The notes: generated from the letters alone by a model not told the origin. A DNA stretch of 64,000 bases from Camelus ferus (GCF_009834535.1 NC_045697.1:29018001-29082000); one strand, 5' to 3'; positions 11,611 to 24,275 are shown, counted from the first letter of the stretch. Numbers and translations are program-made.

Positions 11611-14554
11611 AATATGAAGAGTTCATCTCCCTGGAGATGAGGCACCAAGCCTGCGGTCGGCCCTCCTCTTCAGGTCATGCAGTTCATTTACCCTCTTGAA
11701 ATCCACTATTGTTCCCCCTCTTTTCTTATAGTTTGAGACTTTAACTGCTAAGATGTTCTGCTACATTGATCAAGAGAAGAGGGTCTGGGGCTGAATCTGA
11801 AGAATCCAATATTGAAGGAGCAAGTAGATGAGGACAAGTTGCCCAGAAATCTAGGGGGAAAAACAAGAGTTTGACTGTCATGGAAACCCAGAGCAAAGGC
11901 CTTCCAAAGACATAATATTTGTCAGGTTCTCTTATCACACTGACAAGCACGTAGCAAGCACTCCATAAACACTGGCCATTGTTCCTGTTGTGTTTATTAT
12001 TCATGGTAATTAAATGAAGAAAAAATGCCTGCCGCCCAAGAAGCATCATCACAGAGGTTTCCCATAAGGGTCATTTTCCTGGACCCTTTGAGAAAGGCGC
12101 TATGGTCCGTCTAGGGTGTTGAATGGAGGTGGGCTGATTTGCAGAATAAAGTCAAAAAAAAAAAAAAATTAAGGTCAGAGGAAACACTCTGTTCACTGGA
12201 GTGATTACATTCCGGTTCTGAGGTTAGGTGGAGTGGTTGAAGGGAGAGGATGATAACACGCCTAAGTAAACTGATTTTTAAAGAATGGCACAACTCTTTC
12301 ACTGCTTTGCTTTCTGGCCTTGACCATAGCACTTCATGCATTTTTAAAACATAAGCAAATAGTTTGAATACTGTTTTCGAAATTCTCTGCCCAAAAGGAG
12401 TGAGCAATCTAGTCCTACAAATCCGGTGAAGAGTTAGTTCTTCTAAGACCTTCCTGGAATATTTTGTTTTGGTCTTGAAAAACTGTGCTGTGTTAGAAAG
12501 TGATCTGGCTAAGGAATGAGCAAAGAATAACGCAGGAACATTCTAGCAAGTGTATTGATTAGGAGACACTAATAATCTACTACATAGCTTAAACCTGTTA
12601 GTAGTTTGTATTATCATAAGCATTTAGTTTATTTCTAGCTATTAGCCAGAAATCCTGCAGAAATGGATGGATCTCTGTAGATTTGGTAAGTGACGCTGTC
12701 AACATTTCAAGCTGTTTTTTTGTGCCATCTCTTTAGAGCTGGTTAAAAACCACAGATTTCGCTTATGACGTTATCTTCCAACGCCCTGTGCAGGGACCTG
12801 CAGGGAGTTTACAGAGACACCTGGTGGCTGGTAAGGTGAAGTACCGGCTTTGTTAGAAAATAAAGGATTTGAATTGTGTCAGAAAGGTTTGTTTTTGTGA
12901 ATTTCGTTCTTTATTCCAATTCTTTTCGTAGGATTGCAGTTATGCATTAAAAAAAAAGACTTCAATACTTTCAGATTATTTTTATAGCTTCCAGCCTTTC
13001 TTTCTTAAAGAAACCATCAACCAGGTGAACTGACCAGCACCATCAGCTGGGCTAAATCTACCCAAGGCCAGGACTAGGCCGAGGCAAACGCAAATGAATG
13101 GAGATGCGAAAAACGTCAGTGATAAACATAGGTAACATTTTAATGCAGTAATTTAAACAGTCAAAATAGTGCAAAAAATTCATTATAAACAAAATTATCA
13201 AAGTCATAAATATAGCGTCAATATTATCCATTTTCCATTTTTATCTCAGGCCCCCATTTGGCTCCAAAAGGCACGGAAAAGAGCTCATGAATTTGACGGC
13301 CTAGCCACTGACGGGGTTCACGCATGCTCAGTGAATGCAGCCCCCCCCCCCTTGCCCACCCATGGTTTCCCTGTCCTTCCTGTGTCTCTCCCCGTCTCCT
13401 CTCTTTCTGGTCAAGTGTAAGGATCCTCGATTAAGGGCAATGGTAGGGAAGAAAAATATAGAGAGAACAGAAAATTTTGAAGTGGCCCTGGGGAAAAACT
13501 TGGGGATGGACTTTTCTTCTGTTTGCCTTCTGTTTGCCCTTTCCGCACGCTCCTTCCTCCGCCTTCTTCCCAAGCCTGCTTCTCGGAAGCTGGGCCTCAA
13601 GCGCTGGTTCACACCTGGCTGCTCTCTGCTGAGGGGGCCTGAGCCCATGAGGCTGGACTCTGAGGGCAGTGGGGATGGGAGGTGGAGGAGGGCGTTGCTC
13701 CTGTGAAAAAGCCCCTTCTCTCTTCTCTCCCGATTTAATACGTCCCCCTAGTCCCCGTTTACCAGGAAAAGGGCAGGGCCTGGGGGTGGGAGAGGTGAGG
13801 ATCTGGGACCGCGGGGTCGTGCTGCTTCGCGGTGGCGCGGGTCTGTGGGAGTGTACCCCAAATGGCCTGGAAGGGTCGGAGTTTGGCCCGGCGTTCCCGC
13901 ATTCCCCTCGGTGGGGATTAGGGATCTGAAAGTATCGTGCTACCGTCCACGAGAGGCAAGGGTCCCCTCCTGCCTCCTCCCCGCTTGTCCTTCACCTAAC
14001 TCTGCGTCGTCATCAGAGAGATGGTGACTGCAAACAGCAGGAAAATATTGTGCAATAGGAACCACACAAGCCGCTGCGAGAAGAGGAAGTAAAGCCAGCG
14101 CTGAGAACATACTGGAGTGAAAAAGGATCAGAAACTCGAGAACAAAGAAAAGTTTCCAAAAAGGCCCAAGAAGCAAGTGGCTTAGCAAAGAGGCCAAAAG
14201 GGTCTCATGGATGGGGCTCCTCAGCACATGGTGAGGACGGACCCCAGAAATAAGAGGCGGCCAGAAGGCTATGGCTTTCAAATATATCCCCTAGGGGATC
14301 TCAGGGAGAAGAGGGTGCGACCTCTGACAAAGCGCAGACACCAGAGCCCGCCAGTCCCCGGATAGTTACCCGGACACATCGGATACCCTGGATCGTGTGT
14401 CAGTTCTTCTCCTGACCCAGAAAACTGTACGTTCCTTATCACCTGCTCAGGGCTCTTCATGGACTCGGCTCCTCTGTTGGCAACATAAATGGGTCTCTTT
14501 TTATCAGGGGAGGTTTTGCTGACTGCTGGAGCCCATGTGGTTCAGCAGGGGAAT

Positions 14555-14800
14555 CATATTAACATTTATGGAAAGCCTGCTGTATGCCAAGCATGTGTTT
14601 GGCACTTTATGTTTTCTCTTTGATCCTCACAATAACCCTTTTAAGTGAATATTCTAATTATCATTTTTACAAATGAGAAAGCTGAGACACAAAGAAATTA
14701 TGTGACTTGCTTAAGCTCACATAATGAGTAAGTGGTGGTCCCAGGATTTGGACTCGGGCCCAGGACTCCTCCTGTGTCTTTATATTCTTTCTGTTGCATC
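14555..14800 (-). mobile_element. MIR
   Basis: tttacaaatgagaaagctgagacacaaagaaattatgtgacttgc. Confidence 0.75.
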
Positions 14801-15129
14801 AGGTCAGCAGAGACATGAGGAGGATGCCCCCTGCCCTCCTCCTGGTAGTTGTTCCCTTTGATCTAGAACTACGTACAAGGCACAGGCAACATATCAAAGA
14901 GCTAGAAGTCACGATCCATATTCTTAAGGAACTTGCTTTGATACAGGTTAAAATGTAATACCGCAGTAGACTAGCATTGTGAGGCTGTACATAACACCCC
15001 AGCCATGAGTGCTGAAACGATTCTAGTCAGCTTATGAATCATAGGAAATATATCTACACTCCTTTGTCTGAAAGCTGGCTTTTCCCCCACTTTCTAATTC
15101 CTTAGATTTCTTTTCTCATTCTGGGTGTT

Positions 15130-16285
15130 ATTCATTTATTCAGCCAATAAATATCTTCTCTGTGTCAAGGAGTACAGCACAGAACAAAGCCAAGTCTCAA
15201 CTCTCAGGGAACTTAATTTCTAGTAGGGAGACAGACAATAAACAAGCACAAGTGCACACGCACATGGTCCTCAGTGGGACGAGACAGTAAAGCAGGGAAG
15301 ACGGACAGATTGGGGTGGAGTGGTGGAGTTGCTGTGTGCACGGTTGTCTTGGAAGGAACTTCTGATAAGGTAGCATTTGAACTGAGCCAAGAAGGAGGAG
15401 AGAGAGGGCACTGGGAGGACATGGTCAAGGGCACTGTAAGGAAGGGGAACAGAAGGAGCAAAGGCCCTGAGCAGGAGCGGTGTCAGGTTTGTGGAACAGC
15501 AAAGAAGCCAGCCTGCTGGGGTGCAGTAAACGAGGGGAGAGTGTTAGAGATGGAATCGCAGGGGCCTTGGAGTTGCTGCTGAGGATTTACTCTGAGCAAA
15601 ATGAGGTCCACTGGGTAGGGCTGAGCAGAGGAGTGACATGGTCAGATGTATGCTTTAAAATGATCACCTGGCTCCTACATGGAGAATGGGACATGAGGCA
15701 GTGTTTGCTGCTAGGAGGCAAGCCCGCTGGTGCTGTTGGGAGTTGGCAGTGGTCTGAACCAGGGTGACGGTGGTGAAGGGCATGGGAGGTGGTTGGATGC
15801 CAAGTGTGTTTGGAAGGCGGAGAAGCCAGGATTTGTTGACAGGTTGGATGTGGAGCGCTATGGGCTGACTTGTGTTCCCCCACCCCTACCCCGCCGATTC
15901 CCATGTTGAAATCCCAACCCCTGGTACCTCAGAATGTGACTGTATTTGAAGATAAGGTCTTTAAAGACATAGTTAAGTGAGTTTATGGAGTGGATTCTAA
16001 TCCAATATGACTGGTATCCTCAAAGAAGAGGAAATTAGGACACAGATACTCCCAGGTAAGACTCAGAGAGAAGACAGCTGCCTATAAGCCAAGTAGAGAG
16101 GCCTCAGAAGAAACCAACCTTGTCTACCACCTTGATCTCAGACTTCTGGCCTCCAGAACTGTGAGAAGGTGAATTTCTGTTGTTGAAGCCACCAGTCTGT
16201 GATATTTTGTGGTGGTGGACCCACACTCTAAGATATCAGGCGTGAGAGAGAGAGGAGTCAGAGAGGATGCCCAGGGATGTGGCCT
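15130..16285 (-). mobile_element. L2 fragment interrupted by an MLT1 LTR
   Basis: ttcatttattcagccaataaatat (L2 3' end); L2 sequence ggatgtggag...tgagagagagaggagtca resumes after the LTR. Confidence 0.65.
15856..16235 (+). mobile_element. MaLR LTR (MLT1A-D-like)
   Basis: gctatgggctgacttgtgttccc...cctcagaatgtgactgtatttgaagataaggtcttt...ttctggcctccagaactgtgagaag. Confidence 0.85.
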
Positions 16286-17235
16286 GTTTTAAGTCATGGT
16301 TAGAAAAGTTCTGGAGTTGGGCATTTTCATTGCCATGTTCAGAAGCACCAAGAGAGGTTGTCCTGCTGGGTTTTGCTACAAAGAATTTTCCAGTCCAATG
16401 CACACCTCTAACATTGCCAGAAGACTGCAGGGAAAGAGTGAGACACAAGAATTGGCCTCACACCAGCATGTACACTTTGGGGTTCCAGCCCCATATGGAG
16501 ATATGTAGCTCCTTTCCTGTTTTCCAGGAAGTCCTCCTTCCTTCCCTTCCAGAATTCCTTTTGGTCTGATTTTGCCTGCATTTCTCCTAGCCAGATGGAT
16601 TTGGGTACAATTGAGGGATAGGGGTCATTGTCCTAGAAACAGACCAGTGCTCTGGGTCTCCACCTAGTGAAATTGCTGGAGTCCTGCCTCCAGGGTCTCT
16701 CTGTCTCATTGCTGGGGACCCAAGAAAGACTCCTATGAGTGAGTGAACATGCCCTGCTGTTCACTGCTCTCAGCCCCTGGCCTGGCTGTCACCATGGTTT
16801 CTATCATCACTAAGTATGTCACCCCTATCTGGGAGCTGTGGTTTACCTGCCCAGGACATTCTAATGGTCATTCTATGGAAGTGAGCAGGCCTGTCCAGCC
16901 TCCAGACATCAACAGGGCTGCCGTGGACTCTCCAGTTCCCATGTGCTTCTGGCTCTTCAATGGAAAGGTTCCTTTTATGCATGAAAGCTCCTTCTCTCTA
17001 GGAATCTGGTCCGGGGCCCCTGGGAGCCTGCACTGGGAGACAGTGGAATTTCACTGAACTGGCTGAGCTGCACTCGGTGTCAGCCCAGCCTCACTACGCA
17101 TCTGCCCACATCAAGCCTGTGCATCGTAGCTCTCTTTTCCCTTCTGGCTGTGCTCTGTCTTCATCGGGGACACTGACCACTGTTGCAGTTTGCTTGAGCC
17201 TGGTTAAGTGGATTTAAGGGTTTGATGACTTAGAT

Positions 17236-17434
17236 CAAGGGTCAGCAAACTGTGACCAGCCTCTTATTTTTGTAAAGTTTTATTGGCACACAGCCATGCC
17301 CATTCATTCACATAGTGTTTGGCTGCTTTCACAGCATAACAGCAGGGTAAAGTAGTTACTACAGAGACCATATGCCTGCAAAGCTGAAAATATTTACTGT
17401 CTGGCCCTTTACCTAAAGAATTTGCCAACCTCTG
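17236..17434 (+). mobile_element. MER58A-like hAT MITE
   Basis: TIRs caagggtcagcaaa / tttgccaacctctg; internal tattggcacacagccatgcccattcatt. Confidence 0.8.
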
Positions 17435-17845
17435 TGATAGATTTTAGATCAGCTAACTCTCACAAAGTGGAGAAGAGGATTGAAAAGATGGCTACAAAAA
17501 TAAGTAGGTAAGTAAATCCACAGTGGATTGACAACATTAATATTGCAATGAAAGAAGACAACAAGAAGATGGCAGGACTGATATTCTCCCACCCATAGTA
17601 CAAACTGCTTGTCAGATGGAATAATTATTCTCTAAACAGGTCTGTCAAGAAGTTGGTGGAGAGAGACAGAAAGAGAGAGAAGGGAAGGAGGCAGGGAAGA
17701 GGAGAGAGAAATGAATAGGTAGGTAGGGAGATAGGTGAATTATGGCTACAGGTTACATGCTCAATTTAAAAAGTGCTGAATTGCCTGTTTCCCCCTTTAA
17801 TTATCCTTATTTTGCACTTTTTATGATCAAACACTGTTTCTAGGA

Positions 17846-18505
17846 TGTTACTGAACCAAAGAACCAAATCTGAGTTGTTCTCACTCAACAAGAAGCAAAG
17901 CCAATCTACTGACACCAGGTTGTGCAAAGAAAACCACAGCGTTGATTGCAAGGTGTCAAACAAGGAGAATGGGCATCTAATGCTCAAAAGACCTAAACTC
18001 CCTGATGGCTTTCATGGAAAGGAAAGGCAATGTTAGGGGTTAGGGTGGTGGGGTGCCCGATCAGCTCATGGAAAGTCTTCTGATTGGCTGGTGGTGAGGT
18101 AACAGGGTGGTATTTTGGAAGTCAACATCATCAACCTTCTGGTACCAAACAGTCTGGGGTCTAAGTGCTGGTGGTCAGCATTCAGTTAATTTCTTCTACA
18201 TGTGGGAGGTTTAGTATCTGCAAAACAACTCAATGATATGGCTCAGGATATTATCTATAGCCCTTGTGGAGGAACTAAAGGCTTTGTTTTCTGGCTAAAC
18301 TATTGTTATTTTGTCTTGCTTGAGTTCTATCTTTTTTTCCCTCATTTTCTCACTTCTCTGATTAAATTTGCTCTCTGGACTTGTGGGAGGCCAAGGATGC
18401 TAAAGCTTCTCTACAAACAAGAGGTGGGGGATATGAGGTGGGGGACATGAGGTTGGCGGACGTGTCTGTCTCTGGGAAAGCCCACCAAGGTCCTGCTTGG
18501 TTTCA
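17846..18505 (-). mobile_element. Solo ERV1-like LTR
   Basis: tgttactgaacc...ggtttca termini; TSD agga/aggg; ATTGG at ~18083 (CCAAT on the minus strand). Confidence 0.75.
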
Positions 18506-18509
18506 AGGG

Positions 18510-18720
18510 TTTCACATATGTTAACTCATTTAGTTCTCAAAACAGCCCTAAGATGCAGGTACTGTTGTAATTGTCCCCATTTTGTAGATGTAGAAATAGA
18601 GGCACAGAGAGGTTAAGTAATCCATCCAAAGTTACACAGCTAGTAAGTGGTGGGCAGGCTTGAATCCAAGCAGTTTGACTCCAGAGTTTATGTTCTTTAA
18701 CTCTATACTGCTTTCCTTGG
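18510..18720 (-). mobile_element. MIR
   Basis: ccccattttgtagatgtagaaatagaggcacagagaggttaagtaa. Confidence 0.8.
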
Positions 18721-19446
18721 TTATAAAAATAGAGACAAAGCAAACCCAAAACTGTTCAGAGAGTGTGGCCTCAGTAGGCCTCAGCACTTTGGGCATGATT
18801 TGACATCCCAGCTACCAACTCTTACCCCAAACTCTGGTGCATGGTGAAAGAATCTGGAGACTACTCCTTTAAAAAAGCTTTGAGTTTTTAAACTTTGAGA
18901 CACATGCTCAGGATGAATCCATTAGAAAGTAGCAGTGAAATAGTTTCTCAGACCCAGAGGTCCGTCTGGGCATCTTCTGAGTTGGGAGCCACTGGTTAGG
19001 TGCCACAGTTCTGATCACCCAGGACAGCTCTCCTCTGCTGAAAGTTTGGCCTCCTAGGGGAGGCTGAGGGACTCTGGCTTGGCTCTCAGTGGAGAGTTGT
19101 CGTCCTGTCCCATCTACCCATCTTTGGCAGACATCAGTTTTTTCATCTGTAAAATGAAGGCGGTCAGCTAGATGGATTCTGTGAGCTTTTTAAGGATTAA
19201 AAATATTCTGATTCTAAATTTAACGAAATTGAGAAAATATTCATGCCATGTTAATTTGTGGGGGAAAATATCCTTTACAAAATATTATGTTTGACTTTTG
19301 CAATTTTTGTTTTAAAAAAATACATGTAACAGAATTTGTCCTCTTCACTCCTTCACCCTCCCTGCTTTCCCCCTGCTCTGCTACTGGGGAGAGGGCCTTT
19401 TTGCAAAAGAATTCACTAGGATTCTCTGTCAGCCAAGCACTGGGGT

Positions 19447-19533
19447 GGGAGGGTATAACTCAGTAGGAGAGCACATGCTTAGCATGCCCGAGGTCCTAGA
19501 TTCAATCCCCATTACCTTCATTAACAAATAAAA
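19447..19533 (+). mobile_element. tRNA-Ala-derived SINE (vic-1-like)
   Basis: gggagggtataactcagtaggagagcacatgcttagcatgcccgaggtcctagattcaatcccc: A/B boxes of tRNA-Ala(AGC) type, AT-rich tail. Confidence 0.8.
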
Positions 19534-19546
19534 TTTAGGATGTTTT

Positions 19547-19627
19547 GGGGTGGGGATAAAGCTCAGTGGTAGAGAGCATGTTTGGCATGCAGGAGATCCT
19601 GGGCTCAACCCTTAGTGCCTTCGTTAA
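19547..19627 (+). mobile_element. Second tRNA-Ala-derived SINE head (more diverged)
   Basis: ggggataaagctcagtggtagagagcatgtttggcatgcaggagatcctgggctcaaccc. Confidence 0.7.
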
Positions 19628-22549
19628 GGGTTGGGGGGAAGGCAAGAGCTCTGTTCCAAAGAGTGGAAGCACGGCCATCCTCCTCCAGGGATGGAGCCAG
19701 GGATGCCTTCCAGGAGGATTGACCCCAATGGGTAAAGGGTTCTCAGCATCTTCAGCCAAAAAAGGGTTGAGCAGGGACTCTGAGGGGAGGGAGAGGGGTA
19801 GAAAAGAATGGGAGGCCATTCAAGGGAGATCCTGTGTGAACTACAACGCAACCCCTTGAGAACAGGAAAGGATATTTAGAAGCATCATGTGCATTTCTTT
19901 GTGCTCATAATCTTCATGGAGTAAGGCAGAATTTTGCTACTGATTGATGTCCTTCCAGATCTCACAGGACATGACAGCACAGTGCCATGAGCGTTTAAAA
20001 AAGATGCTCTATCTCTGCCTGGTTGGATTCTTCTCCTTTCTTTTCCTTCATTGTGCTTTTCTATACTTTCTAATCATTCTACACTAGACATGTATTGCTT
20101 ATATAATAAAAACCGTGTTTAAAAATATTAAGATCTTACAGAATGTCTCTGATATCCTAATATTGTATTTTGGAAATAGATGAGTCCTTCAGAATTGGTC
20201 CACGGAGGAGGATTTGGCTCCCAGCGACCCTGAAATGGCTGGAACACTTAATTGTGGCAAGGAGTGCTGCTTCTCAAAGGGTACAGATGCTAGAAAGGTT
20301 ATTGTGCTTTCTACGAATTCTCTGAATTGTGGGTCCCTTTTTCTGGACAGAGTATACTGCCCTCACATGGTGATATCACACAAACTATGGTGAAATGCTA
20401 TTCAGAATTTCTACCCAAAAGCAGGGAAAAGGCAGCTACTACAACGAACAGCATGAACTTCCCAACTTAAATGGTTTCATGCTCTGTGAACCTGAGTTAA
20501 TATGCCAACAGATATGACTAATCCTAAATTAATGGGCGCTCAGGAAAGTAGGAGTTTCCAAACTCCTGGATGGCTGACGTTTATTCAGATTATTTTCGCT
20601 GTCTGAACCTACATTTTAGAAAATCAGTCTAAAGCATATCTGCCTGCTTTTTTTTTTTTTCTGCCTGCTTTTTAGCCATATTGAACTCTAAAATGGTGAA
20701 TTCAACAGATTTCTCCTTCCATTAGTATCCTGCAGGTGACAGGACCACTATGTTACAGGTCTCTCTCTTTTTGGGTATGGTTTGGAGCTAAGGGAAAGGT
20801 AGTGGTTGGGTAAGAGTAGGTCCCCTAGGAAAACACCTAGTGGTTGTTTTTAAAATGAATTTGCTTTCTAGTCATTAATGTCTTTGCTATAAAAAACAGA
20901 ATTGCACCCCCCTAAAGTATTGGTTTAATTTCGTTTGTGTTAACACTGATAGGTGAGTATCAGCTATTACCATTTAAAAAAAAAACTGCAAGTGACCAAT
21001 TGAATGAACTGAGTTAATGAAAAGCCATCAGACAACCAAAGGTGACCACTTTCAAGGCCACGTTCAAGCAGCAGCTGCAGTAGCGAACCCCATGCATTCG
21101 CTGAGCTCCTATTCCAGGGGCTGCTCCCTGTGATGTGAGGCACTGAGGACACATAAGGGAGAGAGGCTCTCACTATGAGTAAGTCAGCACTGAGCAGGCA
21201 TCAAGTGCTGTGTGGGTGGAGGACGACAAGGAGGAGGAGAGGCTGTGGTGAGCACATTGGGCTGGGGCGGGTGGCCTGGATTCTGTCTCGGTGGCCAAGT
21301 GCTGCTGGAAGCAAGCCACTCGCATCTCTAGACATCAGTTTCCTCATGTGAAAATGAGGCATTCACTCAATTTCAAAAGGCCCCTCAGCTTCTGAGATTC
21401 CAGAGCGGATGGTTTTTTTGGAAGAGGGAGGGCTGAGTGTGGGCACCAGGAACTGTGTCATTTGATGGGTGAGTCAGACGAGGGGCATTAGAAAAATAAC
21501 ATCTTCGCAATCAACACAAGGGCATAGGCAATTAGGAAACCCGTAGCTGACAGCTGGAGTGTCTGTCTATTCCATTCGTAGGATGTATTCCTGAAGAGGG
21601 GCTGGTGACTCATCAGGTGGCTGTAACCTGAGGAAATAGAGCTATGCAATTCCCTTGCAGTGACTCCAGGCAACTGAATGATCTTAATTTGGTTTTCTAA
21701 GGCAGTTCCCCCCCCCCCACTCCAGGCAAGAGGAGAAGCAGGCTTTGGCAATTGGAAATTGACATTCTTTTGTGTGAGGAATATTAGATCACATATAAGA
21801 AATGGCTGAAATTATACAAAGTAGCATTTTCAAATGTAAAAGGATAACATCTTAGTAATATCACCATTAGTTATGAATCATTTTTGTGCTGATTTGGTGA
21901 GCCCTTGAACCTTTGTTTTCCCCTAGAGCTAGTAAACCCTAAGTGACTTGGTAAGTACAGAATTCTGCATCTGCACAGCTAATCAGAGGTGAAAATTACT
22001 AACATTTACATAGTGCTTTACAATCTGCAGAGTGCTTCATGATACCAGTAGCTCTTGGAGAGGGGGAATATTATTTTCCTGTCTCTAGTTCAGGGAAGCT
22101 GAGGATTATAAAGCAAAGAAGTGTTTGGGTTGGCTGTCAGACCTAGGTCTTCCACTCCTAATCCAAGTCACAGTGCTGCTGTTGCTTCTGAAGGGAGTGT
22201 TTGCTCTTCTCCCATCCAGTGCTCCCCGGCCCCCAATATACACACACATAGACTCACACATAATACTGTACAAGATCCGAGCCCGGTGGGACAGCTGAAG
22301 GAGTGATGAGAAACAGAAGGCAGAGAAGAAACCCAAATGCCAACCTATTCTGGAGATCATGGAACTACTTCTCTTTCCTTTTATCAAATGCCACTCAAAG
22401 AGCATAGGGCCTTTCCAGACAGCTATCTCATGGCTGGGTTGGTTCAGCTTTCCTTAGTCCACGGACTCAGGCTGAATCTTCTTGTTGCAGGTGCAAAAAG
22501 TGCCCATTCTGCTTAGGTGGAATCTTGGGGGTGTCCAGCTCCTACCTCT

Positions 22550-22857
22550 CTTCCCCTGAAAGGTTGGTCAGGATATTTCTGCTGAAGGTAACTAGGGATC
22601 CTCAACTGGGACAGTCCCCACAGAGCAGCACTGCCTGACCTAACCCATGGGGGCTCCTGGTATCTCAGCTGCTGGAGCTGCCGGTCTCAGATTACGGGGG
22701 AGGGATCTCAGGACCTCAGCCCATTGTGTGCTGCAAGCCATCTGCTGTGCAGGGACAGCAGCGGAGTGGGATCTTTGTGCCCAGACCCTTCCCATTCACG
22801 GAAGGAAGTGGAAGACTGCACTGCCTGGCTGGGGATTCACAGAGGCTTAGGGAAAAG
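22550..22857 (+). promoter_or_regulatory. Probable CHRNA9 proximal promoter / 5'UTR
   Basis: Unique, GC-richer sequence directly upstream of the start codon; the TSS cannot be located from sequence alone. Confidence 0.45.
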
Positions 22858-22921
22858 ATGAACTGGCCCCATTCCTGCATCTCTTTTTGCTGGATTTACT
22901 TTGCTGCCTCAAGACTGAGAG
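22858..22921 (+). CDS. CHRNA9: CHRNA9 coding exon 1 (signal peptide)
   Basis: aagATG start gives MNWPHSCISFCWIYFAASRLR, matching the alpha-9 nAChR N-terminus; donor G|gtaaga; 64 nt. Confidence 0.96.
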
Positions 22922-23201
22922 GTAAGAGGCTGGTAAGTGTGTAACTATCCTGACTCATCTGGGGCACTTCTTTGGTGGCATGTGGGATGAATCAGGAAAC
23001 AGAACAAATGCTCTAACTGCAAGGGAGTAATCCAGCTTCTTCCCAACTCATGCTGATCCCATAGGGGATGCAAGAAAAATAACTCCCATCGATCGACCCA
23101 GAGCTTGTCTCTGATGCTGGGTCGTCTCCAATGCTAGTCCTCAGTCTTTGCCTTGAAATACACGACACTGAAGTCTGATCCAGGTCCCTCTTTTCGAGCA
23201 G

Positions 23202-23347
23202 CCGTAGAAACAGCAGATGGAAAATATGCTCAGAAATTGTTTAATGACCTTTTTGAAGATTATTCCAACGCTCTTCGTCCAGTAGAGGATACAGATAAAG
23301 TCCTGAATGTCACGCTCCAGATTACACTTTCTCAGATCAAGGATATG
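23202..23347 (+). CDS. CHRNA9: CHRNA9 coding exon 2
   Basis: ttttcgagcag| acceptor; [49 protein letters not shown]; donor |gtgagt; 146 nt, phase fits exon 1. Confidence 0.95.
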
Positions 23348-23584
23348 GTGAGTAGCATATACCGGTGACTCTTTGGAGTGCTGTTTAGAATGAAACTAAC
23401 AGTGCTTTCCAAAGGGAATGTCTTAAACTGGGAATTTGAGAGGAAATGAGAACAGGCAGCTCTGTGGACAAGCTGGTGGGAAAAGGAAATTCCAGGGGAA
23501 GAAATCTTTCTACAAAATTAATTTCACTAAACATGACCTAATCCTGGCCATTAACATTCACATCTAAAGCAAGATGGTGTTACA

Positions 23585-23870
23585 CATTATGTGTTCCGTT
23601 TCTACAAAATTTGCAAAATCAGCAGCACCATAGAGAGAGAAAGCAGAGTAGTGGTTGTCAGGCGCTGTGGGAATGACAGAGGAATGATGATTGACTGCTT
23701 GATGGTCATAGGGTTTCTTTTTGGGGGTGATGAAATGTTCTGGAATTAGAGAGTGGCATTGGTTGCATGACATTGTAAATAAACTAGAAGCTGCTGAATT
23801 GTATACTTTAAAATGGTTAAAATGGTGAGTTTCATGTCATGTGAATTTTTATCCCAATTTTTTAAAAAAG
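23585..23870 (+). mobile_element. L1MB-like 3' end in intron 2
   Basis: ttttgggggtgatgaaatgttctggaattaga...gaattgtatactttaaaatggttaaaatggtga. Confidence 0.75.
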
Positions 23871-24275
23871 GTGGTGTTTTAAAATGACAGACCTTACTTA
23901 GTGTCTATATTTTAACTACACAAAGTTATGAAACTTGAAAGGCTTTTCTTCTGTACCTTGTTGATGTTTCCTGACTTTTTCATTCAAATGAATCATCAGT
24001 TGATCAATATTCAGAGAAATTTAAGCTGTTGATCCATGCAAAGAGCTGATGATTTAAATATTTGTCCACTTTACATTCCAAACACTAAATCAAGCAAAAA
24101 AAAAATATGGCCTTGGCAGTCCATCGAGGACGGGTAGACTGGAAAACTCTGACTCACGTATTGGAAATCAATGAGTGCTCCTGGAAATCCTGTTTTGAAG
24201 ACAAGTGTTGTAGAAACGAAGGGCATTCAGTTGAGGTGTCTCCAGGACAAAGTTACATCTGGGTTTATTTTGCAG

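Noticed and set aside
13328..14281. Overlapping 60-123-aa ORFs on both strands
   Set aside because: Expected in GC-rich DNA; no homology or exon structure evident.
19447..19627. tRNA-Ala genes (also 59650 and 36600-36673)
   Set aside because: Broken stems, internal deletions, A-rich tails and TSDs in the other copies indicate SINEs rather than functional tRNAs.
1..22000. RHOH or other neighbouring gene exons
   Set aside because: No GTPase-like or other credible coding exon seen; expected only from human synteny.
22647..22850. 67-aa upstream ORF ending just before the CHRNA9 ATG
   Set aside because: The TSS is unknown and this ATG may lie upstream of it; no recognisable protein.
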